In this document: one piece after another, positions 1 through 9,306 of the stretch
Layout: each line of letters starts with the position of its first letter
Position numbering within the stretch: position 1 is the stretch's first letter
Virus record (IMG/VR): IMGVR_UViG_3300045996_002572
Location: 10,298-74,297 of that record
Strand: one strand, 5' to 3'
Length of the DNA stretch: 64,000 nt
From: a virus
Made by a program: the position numbers and the translations under genes
Notes under the pieces: model-generated
Seen by the model: the letters and a program-made list of their open reading frames with translations, nothing else
The model's database searches: none
Told to the model about the DNA's origin: nothing

Positions 1-391
1 AGATGAAGAGCGTGAGCTGCTGAAGCCACAGATCAGCATCGACCGCGCACATGGAAAGCGGCGACGCCGACACCCCGGAGGAGCCGTGAACGCCCGGATC
101 CAGCAGCGGATCTCCAGGCGCAGAGGTGGGAGCAGGCACCATATCTTCGGGCCGCTTCGTGGGGCTTGGGGATGGGACTATTTCGGGGAACGTCTTCATG
201 GCAGGGTCTCCTCGGGGGTGCCGGCGGAACCGGCAGGCTTGGAATCGGAATCGGGACGGTCGAAGGTCGCAGCGATCGCGGCGCGGCAGCGGGCGCACGT
301 CGGCGGCCAGATCGGGCTCGAGCCGCCGCCCATCAGGTGGAGCTCCAGGGCGCGGGCGTACTCGGTTGCCCGGCAGCGGCAGCAGAGGCCG

Positions 392-745
392 TCAGGAAAC
401 ACGAGCACGCACCTCCAGGCCCCATGACAACAGGGCGTCCTCGGCTTCGTCGATCGAGCGGACGATGCGGCAGGGGATACCGAGGCGGTCGCACTCCGCG
501 AAGAACGCCACCTGCGCCGCGCTGGGGTTGCGCTTGCCGGCCTTCAGCTCCAGGAAGCCGGCGAACCCTTGGCCGACGATCACCAGGTCAGGAACGCCGG
601 CCCGGACACCAAGACCCGAGAGGATCGAAGCCTCGACCTTGCTCCTCGCCCCGCCGTTGGGGATGTGGAGCACCAGGTGGCGCGGCAAGGCGTAGCCGAG
701 GTACTCCAGGACTTGGCGTTGAAGGGACTGCTCTGGGCGTTTCAA
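392..745 (-). CDS. VRR-NUC domain nuclease
   Basis: EQSLQRQV...HIPNGGARS...GVRAGVPDL...LELK...SAAQVAF pattern typical of stand-alone phage VRR-NUC. Confidence 0.9.
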   Translation of the reverse strand: MKRPEQSLQRQVLEYLGYALPRHLVLHIPNGGARSKVEASILSGLGVRAGVPDLVIVGQGFAGFLELKAGKRNPSAAQVAFFAECDRLGIPCRIVRSIDEAEDALLSWGLEVRARVS

Positions 746-1497
746 GCTGCGCCTCCCTGAGCCGGAGCCGTCCAGGCGGTCTTGAAGTAAACGACGGCAG
801 CGTCTTCCACAATCCTGCTGTAGAGCGGTGGGTGCTCATCCACAAGACCGAGCACCGGTGGCTTCGTTTTTGAGTTGCCCCGAAGGGGGCGGTTCGTGGT
901 CACCAACGTCCGCCGGACGCCGCGATGTCGAGCGGCCAGAAGGTTGGCGAGCGCACCCCAGGTGTTGCCGCTGTGGCCGAGCCCGAGGTCATCCACGAGC
1001 AGCAGGTCGCAGGTTTCCAGCCGCTCGGCCTCGTCTTCGTCACCGCGGTAAATGACGCGCACGGCGTCTGCCGCGGCGATCCACACTGCGCTTTTGGCCG
1101 CGCCGAGGTTCCGCGCGAACAGCTCCGTAGCCATCGCGGTCTTGCCGCCCCTGGAGATGCCGAAGAACGTGACGCACCAGGGCTCGCCGCGCCACGTTGC
1201 GAGGTCAATCCCGGGGCGGTTGGCCACCCTCGGCCAGGTCGCCGGCTCTTGATACACGCACCGCGCATACCTTTCGGGGCAACCGGTAGCGAGGAGGGCG
1301 GAAGTGCGGTCCAGGGCGGCGCGTGTCTTCTTGGGCTCGCAATTCCCGCAAGGCTGGCCCACTGAGCACTCGAACGCCGCAACGCCTTCCGGCTGCATCA
1401 GCGTTTCTTTGCAGCCGGGGCACTCCCAGGTGTTCCAGCCGTCTCCGGGCTTAGGCATCGCCCCCTGGAGCACGTTGCGGAGCCAATTCCAGCTCAC
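742..1497 (-). CDS. DnaC/IstB-like helicase loader ATPase
   Basis: Walker A GISRGGKT, Walker B LLLVDDLG, TLVTTN sensor; GTG start overlaps the initiator stop (GTGA). Confidence 0.85.
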   Translation of the reverse strand: MSWNWLRNVLQGAMPKPGDGWNTWECPGCKETLMQPEGVAAFECSVGQPCGNCEPKKTRAALDRTSALLATGCPERYARCVYQEPATWPRVANRPGIDLATWRGEPWCVTFFGISRGGKTAMATELFARNLGAAKSAVWIAAADAVRVIYRGDEDEAERLETCDLLLVDDLGLGHSGNTWGALANLLAARHRGVRRTLVTTNRPLRGNSKTKPPVLGLVDEHPPLYSRIVEDAAVVYFKTAWTAPAQGGAA

Positions 1498-2300
1498 GCC
1501 TCGACCTCCTGCTGAAGGCGTTCCGCAGCGTCGCGTTGCGCGACCGATCCTCCGGCCGGCAGGGCTGCCTCGGTGGGAGATTTTCGACCACGAAAGAGCT
1601 GCGCAAACTTCTCGACCTGGCTCCCGTCGCGCAGCAGGACGGCGAGGTCGTTGTGCCCCGGCCGGTCCTCCCACGGATCGAAAGGCCATCCGCGAACGGC
1701 GTCCAGCAGGTCGGCTTGCTTGTAGCCCTCCCGTCGGCGGGCCCGGAGCTTCTCCCGTCGCTTGGCGTTCAGGCGGTAGCCGGCCCCTCCGTGCGGCAGG
1801 GTCTCGCACCAAGCTGTGAACACCTCGCGGTCCTGCGCCGAGTCGGTGAGTTCGCCCGTTGCGCCGCCCTCCTCCTGCACCTCCTCCCTGCCTGTCTCTC
1901 CAGCCAGGGGGAGAGATATAGAGAGGGGGGAGGAGGGGTGCAGGGGAGGAGGGGGTGCGGGCTCCTCGTGTTCCCCGGTGCGTACCGGTGCGTACCGGTG
2001 CGTACCGGTGTTCCCCGGTGCGTACGCGTGCGTACCGGTTGGCAAGCCTGCGAGAAACCGTTCAACGGCCTTTTCCTGTTGGGACGCCTCTTCTTCCTGC
2101 GTACCGGTGCGTACCGGTGCGTACGCGTGCGCACCGGTACGCACAACCGATTCGCCGCGGATCGCTCGGCGCCGCTTCAACGCCTCGGCCAGTTCCGCCC
2201 GGACGATGTCCTGCGGGTCAACGCCCTGCTCTCTGGCCTCTACCAGCAGTGCTTCAAAAACGTTGACATCCAGGCTCAGGCTCATCCGCGTCTTCCGCAA
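1494..2300 (-). CDS. Phage replication initiator (lambda O-like arrangement)
   Basis: Directly upstream of the DnaC-like gene; internal DNA repeats; C-terminal RREKLRARRREGY...DLLDAVRG helical domain. Confidence 0.7.
   Translation of the reverse strand: MRKTRMSLSLDVNVFEALLVEAREQGVDPQDIVRAELAEALKRRRAIRGESVVRTGAHAYAPVRTGTQEEEASQQEKAVERFLAGLPTGTHAYAPGNTGTHRYAPVRTGEHEEPAPPPPLHPSSPLSISLPLAGETGREEVQEEGGATGELTDSAQDREVFTAWCETLPHGGAGYRLNAKRREKLRARRREGYKQADLLDAVRGWPFDPWEDRPGHNDLAVLLRDGSQVEKFAQLFRGRKSPTEAALPAGGSVAQRDAAERLQQEVEA
1971..2144. repeat. Iteron array, probable replication origin
   Basis: Tandem 10-mers related to CGTACCGGTG (seven at 1971-2040, more at 2100-2144) inside the initiator gene. 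Confidence 0.8.
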
Positions 2301-2428
2301 GCAGCGACTCCTCAGAGGTCAGGCCAGTACCCGAGGGCACCAGCACCAGCGTGTTGTCCTATCCACTCAAGAGGGGGCCGGAGCGATCATGCTGAGGGGC
2401 GCCGGCCCTGGCTTCAGGGGATGGGCGG

Positions 2429-2668
2429 TCAGACGGCGTTGGTCGCGCTTGACCTGGAGAGCCGACGTCGGACCTCGGCAGCATCCTCGGCCTCCTCGAC
2501 AGCGCGCCGGATCCGCATCTCGCGGAGAACCTTGCGCTTCCGGGCCGGCGAGAGGCTGACGAAAACCCCCTCTCCGGCCATGAAGGCGTCCACCATGTCG
2601 CTCCGTTCGGGAGTCGTGGCGGCGTACTGCGCGAGGGCTGCAGCGACGGCTCGTTGTTGCTCCTTCAT
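2429..2668 (-). CDS. Hypothetical protein
   Basis: Purine-rich RBS-like sequence before ATG; helical composition; same orientation as the operon. Confidence 0.6.
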   Translation of the reverse strand: MKEQQRAVAAALAQYAATTPERSDMVDAFMAGEGVFVSLSPARKRKVLREMRIRRAVEEAEDAAEVRRRLSRSSATNAV

Positions 2669-2704
2669 GTCTCTTTCCTCGGGGCTCCCGCCCCGGTCTC
2701 AGGT

Positions 2705-2878
2705 CTAATCCAAGCTCCGGAGCGCCACCACCAGCAGCACCGCTCCGCCAGTCACGAGCATCACCATCGCCACTCCCAAGAGGCACCCCCAGACAGTCCC
2801 CTCCTGGTACTGGGGATCGGGACAGAGGGGCTGGGGATCCTCGGCTTCGAAGTGGTCGAGCTCGGTGGGCCGGGTCAT
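2705..2878 (-). CDS. Small membrane protein
   Basis: ATGA-coupled to the MTase stop; one C-terminal hydrophobic segment. Confidence 0.55.
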   Translation of the reverse strand: MTRPTELDHFEAEDPQPLCPDPQYQEGTVWGCLLGVAMVMLVTGGAVLLVVALRSLD

Positions 2879-5121
2879 GAGGAAGATTCCTCCGGCTCGA
2901 CCGCTAGCGCGATGGCGAGCATGCGGTCCTGCGGCGTCACCCAAACGTCGGTGTTGCTCATCAGCATGAAGCCGTGGCCGAGGTCGGCGGAGAGTAGCGT
3001 CCGCAGCATCACGCACCCCACGGCGCGCGCCGCCGCCGGCGGCACCGCGTTGCCGATGCGCTCCCGGTGGGCGGTGTCCCGGTCGCCGACGAGGCTCCAG
3101 GGCGTTCCGTCCGGCTGCCAGAGATCCTCCGTGGTGACGAGGGACTGCAGGGCAGCCAGTTCCAAGGTGGTGAAGGGCCGGTGCCAGGTGTCGTCGTCCG
3201 AGATGATGACCACCTCGCACCGCTCGTCCGCGCCGGGCAGGGCGACGAGGCCCGGCTCGAGGTCGGCGACGCCGGCGCGCGGGTCGGCAACGTTCCAGGC
3301 CCCGTTGTCGTGCCCGGCCGACGCTGTGACGGTGCCGCTCGCCGCCTCCCAGTCCCGGACGCCGTAGTGCCCGGCGCTGCTCCAGTCGCCGGCCGGGTCG
3401 AGCCCGACACGCGGATCCGCGACGGAGAAGGCTCCGTTCGAAGGCAGCGTCTGCCCGGCCACGGTCCCGCACGGCTCGTCCCACCGCCTCACGCCCGTGG
3501 CGCCAGCATAGCCGCCGGCGCCAGGCCGGGGGTCCGCTACGGCCTGCCCGCCGCTCGACGGCCCGGCGCCGGCCGTCACTGCCTGCGACGGTGCGTCCCA
3601 TCGGACCACCCGGAAGACGTTGCGGAAGCGGGCAACGTCGGACGTTCCGCGCGGGTCGGCCACCGCGTAGGCGCCATTCCCGGTTGCCGCCGCCCCGATC
3701 ACAGCGCCCGCCGGCTCCGGCCACCTGACGATCCTGTACTTGCCGCGACCGCCCCAGGTGGTGCCCACCCGCGGATCAGCGACGGATTGCCCGCCGCTCG
3801 CCGGGTGCTGGCTCTTGCCGATCACTGTGCCCGCCGGCTGGTCGTGCGCCACGAGGCGGAACTTGTTGCGGTGGGCGCCAGGTTTCCAGGCGAAGCGTGG
3901 GTCGGCGACGACGCCGGCGCCGCCGCCAACGGCCCGCGCCGCGGTGATCGTCCCCATGGGCCCCTCCCACTCCCGGACCTTGAAGACGTTGCTGTGCGCC
4001 CGCTCCACGCCGAGGTTGACGCGGGGGTCCGCCACCGAGTAGCGGCCGCCGCCCGGGAGCGACTGCGCCGTCACAGTGCCGGCCGGCTGCTCCCAGGCGC
4101 CGACGCCCAGCGAGCGGTAGTCGCCGAGCTCGCCCGTGCGAGGGTCGGCGACCGCGAAGCCGCCCTGGTGTGGCCGGCCGCCGCCGGTCACCACGCCCGC
4201 CGGGTCGGTCCAGGGCACCACCCCCATCGCACCGTTGTGCCAGCGGCCCACCGGCTCGATCGACACGTCGCGTAGGAAGCCGTCCTGGACGGCCAGGTCC
4301 TGGAGAGCGCGCCAGTCCTTGCCGGCCGGGATCAGCGCCAGCCGCACCCAGGTGAGCCACCGCAGCCGGCGGAGGGCGTGCATCGGGCCCGCAGAGGGAT
4401 CGCCCGGCAGCGGCAGCCGCTCGAGCACCTCGCCGACGCCGCGCAGCGGGTGAGTCTCAGGCTGGTAGAGGAACGGCGGCACCGTGGCACGATGCCGTGC
4501 GACCAGCAGCAGGCGGCGGCGGGTCTGCGCGAGCCCTCCGATTTCCCCGCAGTCGTGGGCGGTCTCCGCCACGGCGTAGCCCTCGGCGGCGAGCAGCGCC
4601 TTCACCTGGTCGAGGAAGCGCCGCCCGCGCTGGGCCATCATGGGGACGTTCTCGAAGACGACCAGCCGCGGCGGCTGCGCCTTGAACGCCTCCAGGGTGA
4701 GCCACATGCCGCGGATGGTGAGCCGGTTGAGGGCCTGGTAGCGGGGGGTGACGGACTTCGCCTTGGCGAGGAGGGCCGAGAACCCCTTGCAGGGTGCGGA
4801 CAGGAAGACGACGTCGGGGTAGCGGCCCTGCGCTGCGCGAAGGATGTCGGCCGGCTGGGCCTCTCGCCAGCCCTTCGGCGGCTCGTGCCCCCAGAAGTCC
4901 TGGTACTGCTCACGGTCGAAGAGGTCGAGCGTCGTCGCGTGCGTCCCGGTGGCGGCGTAGAAGTCGGCGCAGCCCTCCGGGTCGACGTCGACGCCGCCCA
5001 GGCAGACCAGCCGGCCCCGGACCCCGTCGACCATCTCCTCGGCCTGGTTCATCCCCTTCGCGCCGCCGCCGAGGCCGCAGAAGACGTGGAAGTGCGAGTA
5101 CTCCCTGACGGTCCCGATCAC
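2875..5121 (-). CDS. DNA cytosine-5 methyltransferase with internal VADPR repeats
   Basis: Motifs FCGLGGG (I), SAPCKGFS (IV), FENVP (VI), QTRRR (VIII), IGNAVPP (X); GTG start coupled to upstream stop. Confidence 0.92.
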   Translation of the reverse strand: MIGTVREYSHFHVFCGLGGGAKGMNQAEEMVDGVRGRLVCLGGVDVDPEGCADFYAATGTHATTLDLFDREQYQDFWGHEPPKGWREAQPADILRAAQGRYPDVVFLSAPCKGFSALLAKAKSVTPRYQALNRLTIRGMWLTLEAFKAQPPRLVVFENVPMMAQRGRRFLDQVKALLAAEGYAVAETAHDCGEIGGLAQTRRRLLLVARHRATVPPFLYQPETHPLRGVGEVLERLPLPGDPSAGPMHALRRLRWLTWVRLALIPAGKDWRALQDLAVQDGFLRDVSIEPVGRWHNGAMGVVPWTDPAGVVTGGGRPHQGGFAVADPRTGELGDYRSLGVGAWEQPAGTVTAQSLPGGGRYSVADPRVNLGVERAHSNVFKVREWEGPMGTITAARAVGGGAGVVADPRFAWKPGAHRNKFRLVAHDQPAGTVIGKSQHPASGGQSVADPRVGTTWGGRGKYRIVRWPEPAGAVIGAAATGNGAYAVADPRGTSDVARFRNVFRVVRWDAPSQAVTAGAGPSSGGQAVADPRPGAGGYAGATGVRRWDEPCGTVAGQTLPSNGAFSVADPRVGLDPAGDWSSAGHYGVRDWEAASGTVTASAGHDNGAWNVADPRAGVADLEPGLVALPGADERCEVVIISDDDTWHRPFTTLELAALQSLVTTEDLWQPDGTPWSLVGDRDTAHRERIGNAVPPAAARAVGCVMLRTLLSADLGHGFMLMSNTDVWVTPQDRMLAIALAVEPEESSS

Positions 5122-5324
5122 TTCGCCACTCCCGCCACTCGGATGCGGCGCACCACGGGGGGCTTCTGATTCCGCTCGGGAGCCACCTTGGCCTCGCAGT
5201 TGACGATCACGCGGCAGGACAGGCAGGTGGCGGGGCCGGCGACGATAGGGGCCCATGGATCGGCGAGCACCGAACGCAAGGTGAAGGGCACCAGGTCGGT
5301 ACAGTCGTGGCAGGTGACGCTCAC
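5118..5324 (-). CDS. Small CxxC protein
   Basis: CHDC and CLSC pairs; GTGA coupling at both ends. Confidence 0.5.
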   Translation of the reverse strand: MSVTCHDCTDLVPFTLRSVLADPWAPIVAGPATCLSCRVIVNCEAKVAPERNQKPPVVRRIRVAGVAK

Positions 5325-6388
5325 GCTGCGGGCTCCACCAAGTTGAGGTCCAGCGGCCGATGATTGGCCTTGAGGTAGAGCTGCAGCGAGGAGAGTCCCT
5401 CGTTGAGCAGGCTGAGGGGCGATGCAAGGAGGTCGTCCTCCGTCACCGCGCCGGCGAAGTGCTCGCCCAGCATCTGCGCCCGGAGCACCTTGGACCGGTT
5501 CGCGTTGGTGCCCAGGCCGTAGAAGCTCCAGAGCGTCTTGACGGTCTCGACGATCCGGTGACGCTCGCCGGACTCTGCCGTGTCCACGGCCTCGGGCCAG
5601 TACTCCACGGGCTCGTTGACGTTCTGCCATGCCGCGGCGTCCTCGTCGCCTGCTCGAATCAGGTCCTCGATCGAGTGCCGGAGGAGCTTGCGGAGCATCT
5701 GGAGCGCCGCGGACCGATCGTCCGCGCCCCGGAAGTCGGGGAGGATCCGCACCGCGCCCACTTCCTTGCCGCTCGCGTCCACGGTCACCACCATCGAACG
5801 TTCCCGGCTGGCGGAACGCACGCCGCGGACCTGGAGCCAGAAGCCCGGGGCAATGGGCCCCTCGTTCCGGCCGCGGGGCTTGTACCCTTCGGTTTCGACG
5901 GTCGCCCCTTGCCCGTCTTGCAACACCAGCGCGGCCTGGTTGTGGACCTCGATCACGTCCACTCCTGGGGTGAGCATTACGGTCCGGTATCGATCGTTGA
6001 TGGCGCCCCACGCGGAGGTCGGGACGCCGTGGAGGGGCGGGCGCCCAAGCCGGTTGAGCTCGGCGTTCGCATGATCGAGGTAGCTCCGCACCCCCAGCAG
6101 GTAGAGGTTCGGGGCAGAGTCAACGATCGCAACGCCACCCGCCGCCGAAGCCAGCGCTTGGGCGGTCCGGTTGAAGGTGCGGCAGCGGACGATCTGCTCG
6201 GCGCCGAAGCCGGCGGACTGGTAGACCGGGGCCGCGCCGAGCTCGTTGAGGATGGCGACCAGCGGCGCCCACTCGCGAGCCGCCCCCTTCTTCGCCCGAG
6301 GCGTCCTCACCTCGCGGATCAACGTGCCCAGCATCGCGGCGACCGTGGACTTTCCGGCGCCGGTGTGTCCTGAAACGGCGGCTCTCAT
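5321..6388 (-). CDS. AAA/P-loop ATPase, Sak4-like recombination protein
   Basis: N-terminal GHTGAGKST, IVDS Walker B, WGAIN motif; located in recombination module. Confidence 0.7.
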   Translation of the reverse strand: MRAAVSGHTGAGKSTVAAMLGTLIREVRTPRAKKGAAREWAPLVAILNELGAAPVYQSAGFGAEQIVRCRTFNRTAQALASAAGGVAIVDSAPNLYLLGVRSYLDHANAELNRLGRPPLHGVPTSAWGAINDRYRTVMLTPGVDVIEVHNQAALVLQDGQGATVETEGYKPRGRNEGPIAPGFWLQVRGVRSASRERSMVVTVDASGKEVGAVRILPDFRGADDRSAALQMLRKLLRHSIEDLIRAGDEDAAAWQNVNEPVEYWPEAVDTAESGERHRIVETVKTLWSFYGLGTNANRSKVLRAQMLGEHFAGAVTEDDLLASPLSLLNEGLSSLQLYLKANHRPLDLNLVEPAA

Positions 6389-6984
6389 GAAGGCACCTCG
6401 ATCCGGCTCATGAGCCGCCGCGCAAGCTCCGCGGTCGCCCTTACATCTGCCAGGGCGTCGTGAGCGTTATCTGCTGCGATGCCGGCCCATGAGCAAAGCG
6501 AGCCGAGCTTGTGATCCACGGGAGGTGCCGAAGTGCCCAGCGTCAGCCAGCGGGCGAGATTCAGCGTGCAAAGCGCCTCGAAGCAGGCCGCTGGCAGAAA
6601 CTCGCCCGCGCTCTTGAACCAGGCCGCGAGAAACTCCGCATCGAACCGAGAGTTGTGACCGCAGAGCCGGGCCACCCGATACGTCTTTCCGCCCCGCGAC
6701 GTCTTCTCCACGGTGGCATGCCGCCGCAGGAAGTCAGCGATTTTGCCGCGAGCAATGGGACCGGCGACGGCTTCTCGAGCCCAGACCGATGGGTCGTAGT
6801 GGTTCAGCGCGAGCGCCTCGGCGTCGGCGAGAGTTTCTTCGAAGGCCACTTTGACCTCGACCGCCTCAACCTCAGACCATTCCCCATCGCAGGCCACGGC
6901 GGCGAACTGGATTACTGGATGGCGGTAGGGGTCGAGCCCCCCCGTCTCCACATCGAAAACGACGACTCGATCTCCGGGATTCAT
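6385..6984 (-). CDS. DEDDh 3'-5' exonuclease (DnaQ-like)
   Basis: FDVETGG, GHNSRFD and HDALAD motifs. Confidence 0.92.
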   Translation of the reverse strand: MNPGDRVVVFDVETGGLDPYRHPVIQFAAVACDGEWSEVEAVEVKVAFEETLADAEALALNHYDPSVWAREAVAGPIARGKIADFLRRHATVEKTSRGGKTYRVARLCGHNSRFDAEFLAAWFKSAGEFLPAACFEALCTLNLARWLTLGTSAPPVDHKLGSLCSWAGIAADNAHDALADVRATAELARRLMSRIEVPS

Positions 6985-7514
6985 ATCGGTCCCTCCGGGG
7001 CGCACTTCGCGGTGCAGACCCTGGTCTTGGAATCGGTTTTGGGATCAACGAGGTCGACCATGTAGCGCTGCGAGTGCCAGGTGCCGCAGCTCTCGCATTG
7101 CTCGACTGGGAGAAAGCCCTGGGCGTAGGCGGCCTGGGCGAGCTCCGCGGCTTTCGCGGTCAGATCGACGCCGAACTGCTCCTCAAGCTCGCGGAAGCTG
7201 TGATACGGGCTGTCGCCCTTGACGTGGCAATGCCGGCAGAGCGGAACCTGATCGGCTGCCTTACCCAGGCGCCGTCGGGTCGTGACGTGGTGGATGTCGC
7301 ACGGCCCGCGCCACCGTCCGCAGAGGCAGCAACCGTGGTCGTTGTAGTAATCCTTGAGGGCGCCCTTGTACTCACACCCTTCGACCTCGGCCAGCTTCTG
7401 GGCCTCCCGTGCTCGATCCCGCTTTCGCGAGGCGAGCACCATGGCCCGCTTATTCCCCTTCAACTTGGGGACCGAGCGATTCCAGGGTCCGGGCTTGAGG
7501 GCGCTGCGCAGCAT
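6981..7514 (-). CDS. HNH-like zinc-binding nuclease
   Basis: CCLC...DIHHV...VPLCRHCH. Confidence 0.75.
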   Translation of the reverse strand: MLRSALKPGPWNRSVPKLKGNKRAMVLASRKRDRAREAQKLAEVEGCEYKGALKDYYNDHGCCLCGRWRGPCDIHHVTTRRRLGKAADQVPLCRHCHVKGDSPYHSFRELEEQFGVDLTAKAAELAQAAYAQGFLPVEQCESCGTWHSQRYMVDLVDPKTDSKTRVCTAKCAPEGPI

Positions 7515-7517
7515 GGC

Positions 7518-7718
7518 TCAGGCTCCGGCGAAGATGCGGGCAATCTGCTGGCGCTGCTCGGGCTTGCCGTCGGTCAGGGCGCAGAGCAGGGTGGTGAGCG
7601 TCTCGACGCGGGCGAGGTCGGCCTCCTCGGTTACCTCCTCCGCGGGTCGTGGGCGCCACGCGGCGCTCGACTCCAGGAGCCGGCGGGCATGGCGGCGGAG
7701 CACGTCGTCGCCTCTCAC
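7518..7718 (-). CDS. Hypothetical protein
   Basis: Coupled ORF in early operon. Confidence 0.5.
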   Translation of the reverse strand: MRGDDVLRRHARRLLESSAAWRPRPAEEVTEEADLARVETLTTLLCALTDGKPEQRQQIARIFAGA

Positions 7719-8044
7719 AGCGCACCGCCGGGGTTCTCGTCAGGGGCGTGGAAGAGGCCCATGACCGGGACCTCGATCTCGGCCAAGTCGACACCTTCGA
7801 CTGTCCGGAACGGCGAGGCAGGAAGAACGGCGTCCACCACCTCGGAGGCGTCGACGTCCGCAGCCTTCGGCATCACCAGGACCGGCACAGGGCGGCCAAG
7901 GATGGCGGCCTGCAGGCGGGCCAGCAGCTCGAGTCGGCGATTGTCCCCTTCTACCGAGCGGTCCTCTGCGTCCGGAGCACCGAGGAAGGCGAGGGCGGCA
8001 AGCGCCTCGCGGGCCTGGTAGGCGTGCAGGTGGCGGACGCTCAC
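7715..8044 (-). CDS. Hypothetical protein
   Basis: GTGA-coupled ORF preceded by GGAGG-like RBS. Confidence 0.55.
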   Translation of the reverse strand: MSVRHLHAYQAREALAALAFLGAPDAEDRSVEGDNRRLELLARLQAAILGRPVPVLVMPKAADVDASEVVDAVLPASPFRTVEGVDLAEIEVPVMGLFHAPDENPGGAL

Positions 8045-8982
8045 GCCTCACCGCCTTCGTGCCGGAGGTAGGAGGCGATCACCCAGGCGCTCGTCAGGTA
8101 GGAGGCGAGGTTCTGGACGCGGGGCGAGGTCGGAAGCGTCTCGACCAGTTCCTGGGCCTCAGAGATCAGAGCAGCCAGCTCCCGGAAGTCCGCGGCGTCA
8201 CCCGTCAATGCCCGAGCGGCGCCGGCGCGCTCCACCGCGGAGAGGTAACGCGCGAAGGCAATGCCGGCCTCGGCGATCTCATCGGAGGAGGCCATCCCGT
8301 CCAGGTCGAAGCTGGCGAGAAGCTCCCGGGTTGAGTCGGCAAGCTTGCCAGCAGAGATGCGGACTCGGCGCTCGGCGCGGTCGAGGAGGGCCGTCGCTCG
8401 ATCCTTGTCGAGGAACGCCGAAGGATCGGCCGACATGAGGTTGTGCGTCGCTGCCACTACCGACTTGAGGGCCTCGGTAGCGCGGGGTGAGTGGCCAGCA
8501 GCTTCGATCGCGCTGTCCAGTTCGAAGGGCTGCAGGGCGAGCTCCAGGGCTGTCTCGGCGTCCGCCATGTACTCGCCGGTTCGGAGCGCCTGAAACGCCG
8601 CCTGGGCCGCGTGGACGAGTTGCTGGACCGCTGCGTCGCGGGGCGTGGACTCGCCCGTGACCCGCTCCACGAACGCCTCGGCGTCCTCATCGCCGGTCAG
8701 GTCGAGCCAAGGTGTCGCGTCCGCCGCTTCCGCGATGCTCTCGACAGGCGCAGGCGCAGCCTCCGCCGCCTCTGTGGACTCGGCGGGTGCCGGTCCTGGC
8801 TGGGCGAGGCTGGCCTTCAGGGCCTGGCCGTTCTGCGCGATGTCCTGGGCGAGGTAGTCGACGTGGTCAGGGTCGAGTCCTCCCCAGCGAACGAGCTGCG
8901 GGGACACGGCAAGGCCGGCTATTTCCTCGCCCTCGAATTTGAAGGCGTCGGTCCTCTTGGCTCCGGCGAGCTGGGTAGGCAT
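8041..8982 (-). CDS. Hypothetical helical protein; N-terminus weakly resembles the start of a ParB-like domain
   Basis: RBS AAGGA before ATG; HVDYLAQDIAQNGQ segment. Confidence 0.6.
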   Translation of the reverse strand: MPTQLAGAKRTDAFKFEGEEIAGLAVSPQLVRWGGLDPDHVDYLAQDIAQNGQALKASLAQPGPAPAESTEAAEAAPAPVESIAEAADATPWLDLTGDEDAEAFVERVTGESTPRDAAVQQLVHAAQAAFQALRTGEYMADAETALELALQPFELDSAIEAAGHSPRATEALKSVVAATHNLMSADPSAFLDKDRATALLDRAERRVRISAGKLADSTRELLASFDLDGMASSDEIAEAGIAFARYLSAVERAGAARALTGDAADFRELAALISEAQELVETLPTSPRVQNLASYLTSAWVIASYLRHEGGEA

Positions 8983-9230
8983 GGTCGTTCGTGTCCTTGA
9001 TTACCGGCCCGGGCGGATCCCGAGCCGCAAGACTTCGTAGATATCCGCCGCTTCCGGATAGGTTCTGAGGACGGCGTCCAGGGCAGCGCGAAGCTCGACC
9101 GCGGTAGCGCCAAGGGCCTGGATCTCTGCGAACTCGACCTGGCCCACCGCCCAGCCCGCCCAGGTGTCCGGGTAGTCCGTCCAGTTGGCGAAGGAGGGCG
9201 ACAGGGCAGCGATCGCGAGCGCCTGCACGG

Positions 9231-9306
9231 TGGAGGGCCCGGCCGGAGTTGAACCGGCGACATCCGACTTACAAGGACGGCGCTCTACCGTCTGAGCTAC
9301 AGGCCC
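9231..9306 (-). tRNA. tRNA with anticodon UGU (Thr-decoding), atypical acceptor stem, CCA encoded
   Basis: Full 76-nt cloverleaf: GGGCCTG TA GCTC AGACGGTA GAGC G CCGTC CTTGTAA GTCGG ATGTC GCCGG TTCAACT CCGGC CGGGCCC T CCA. Confidence 0.9.
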
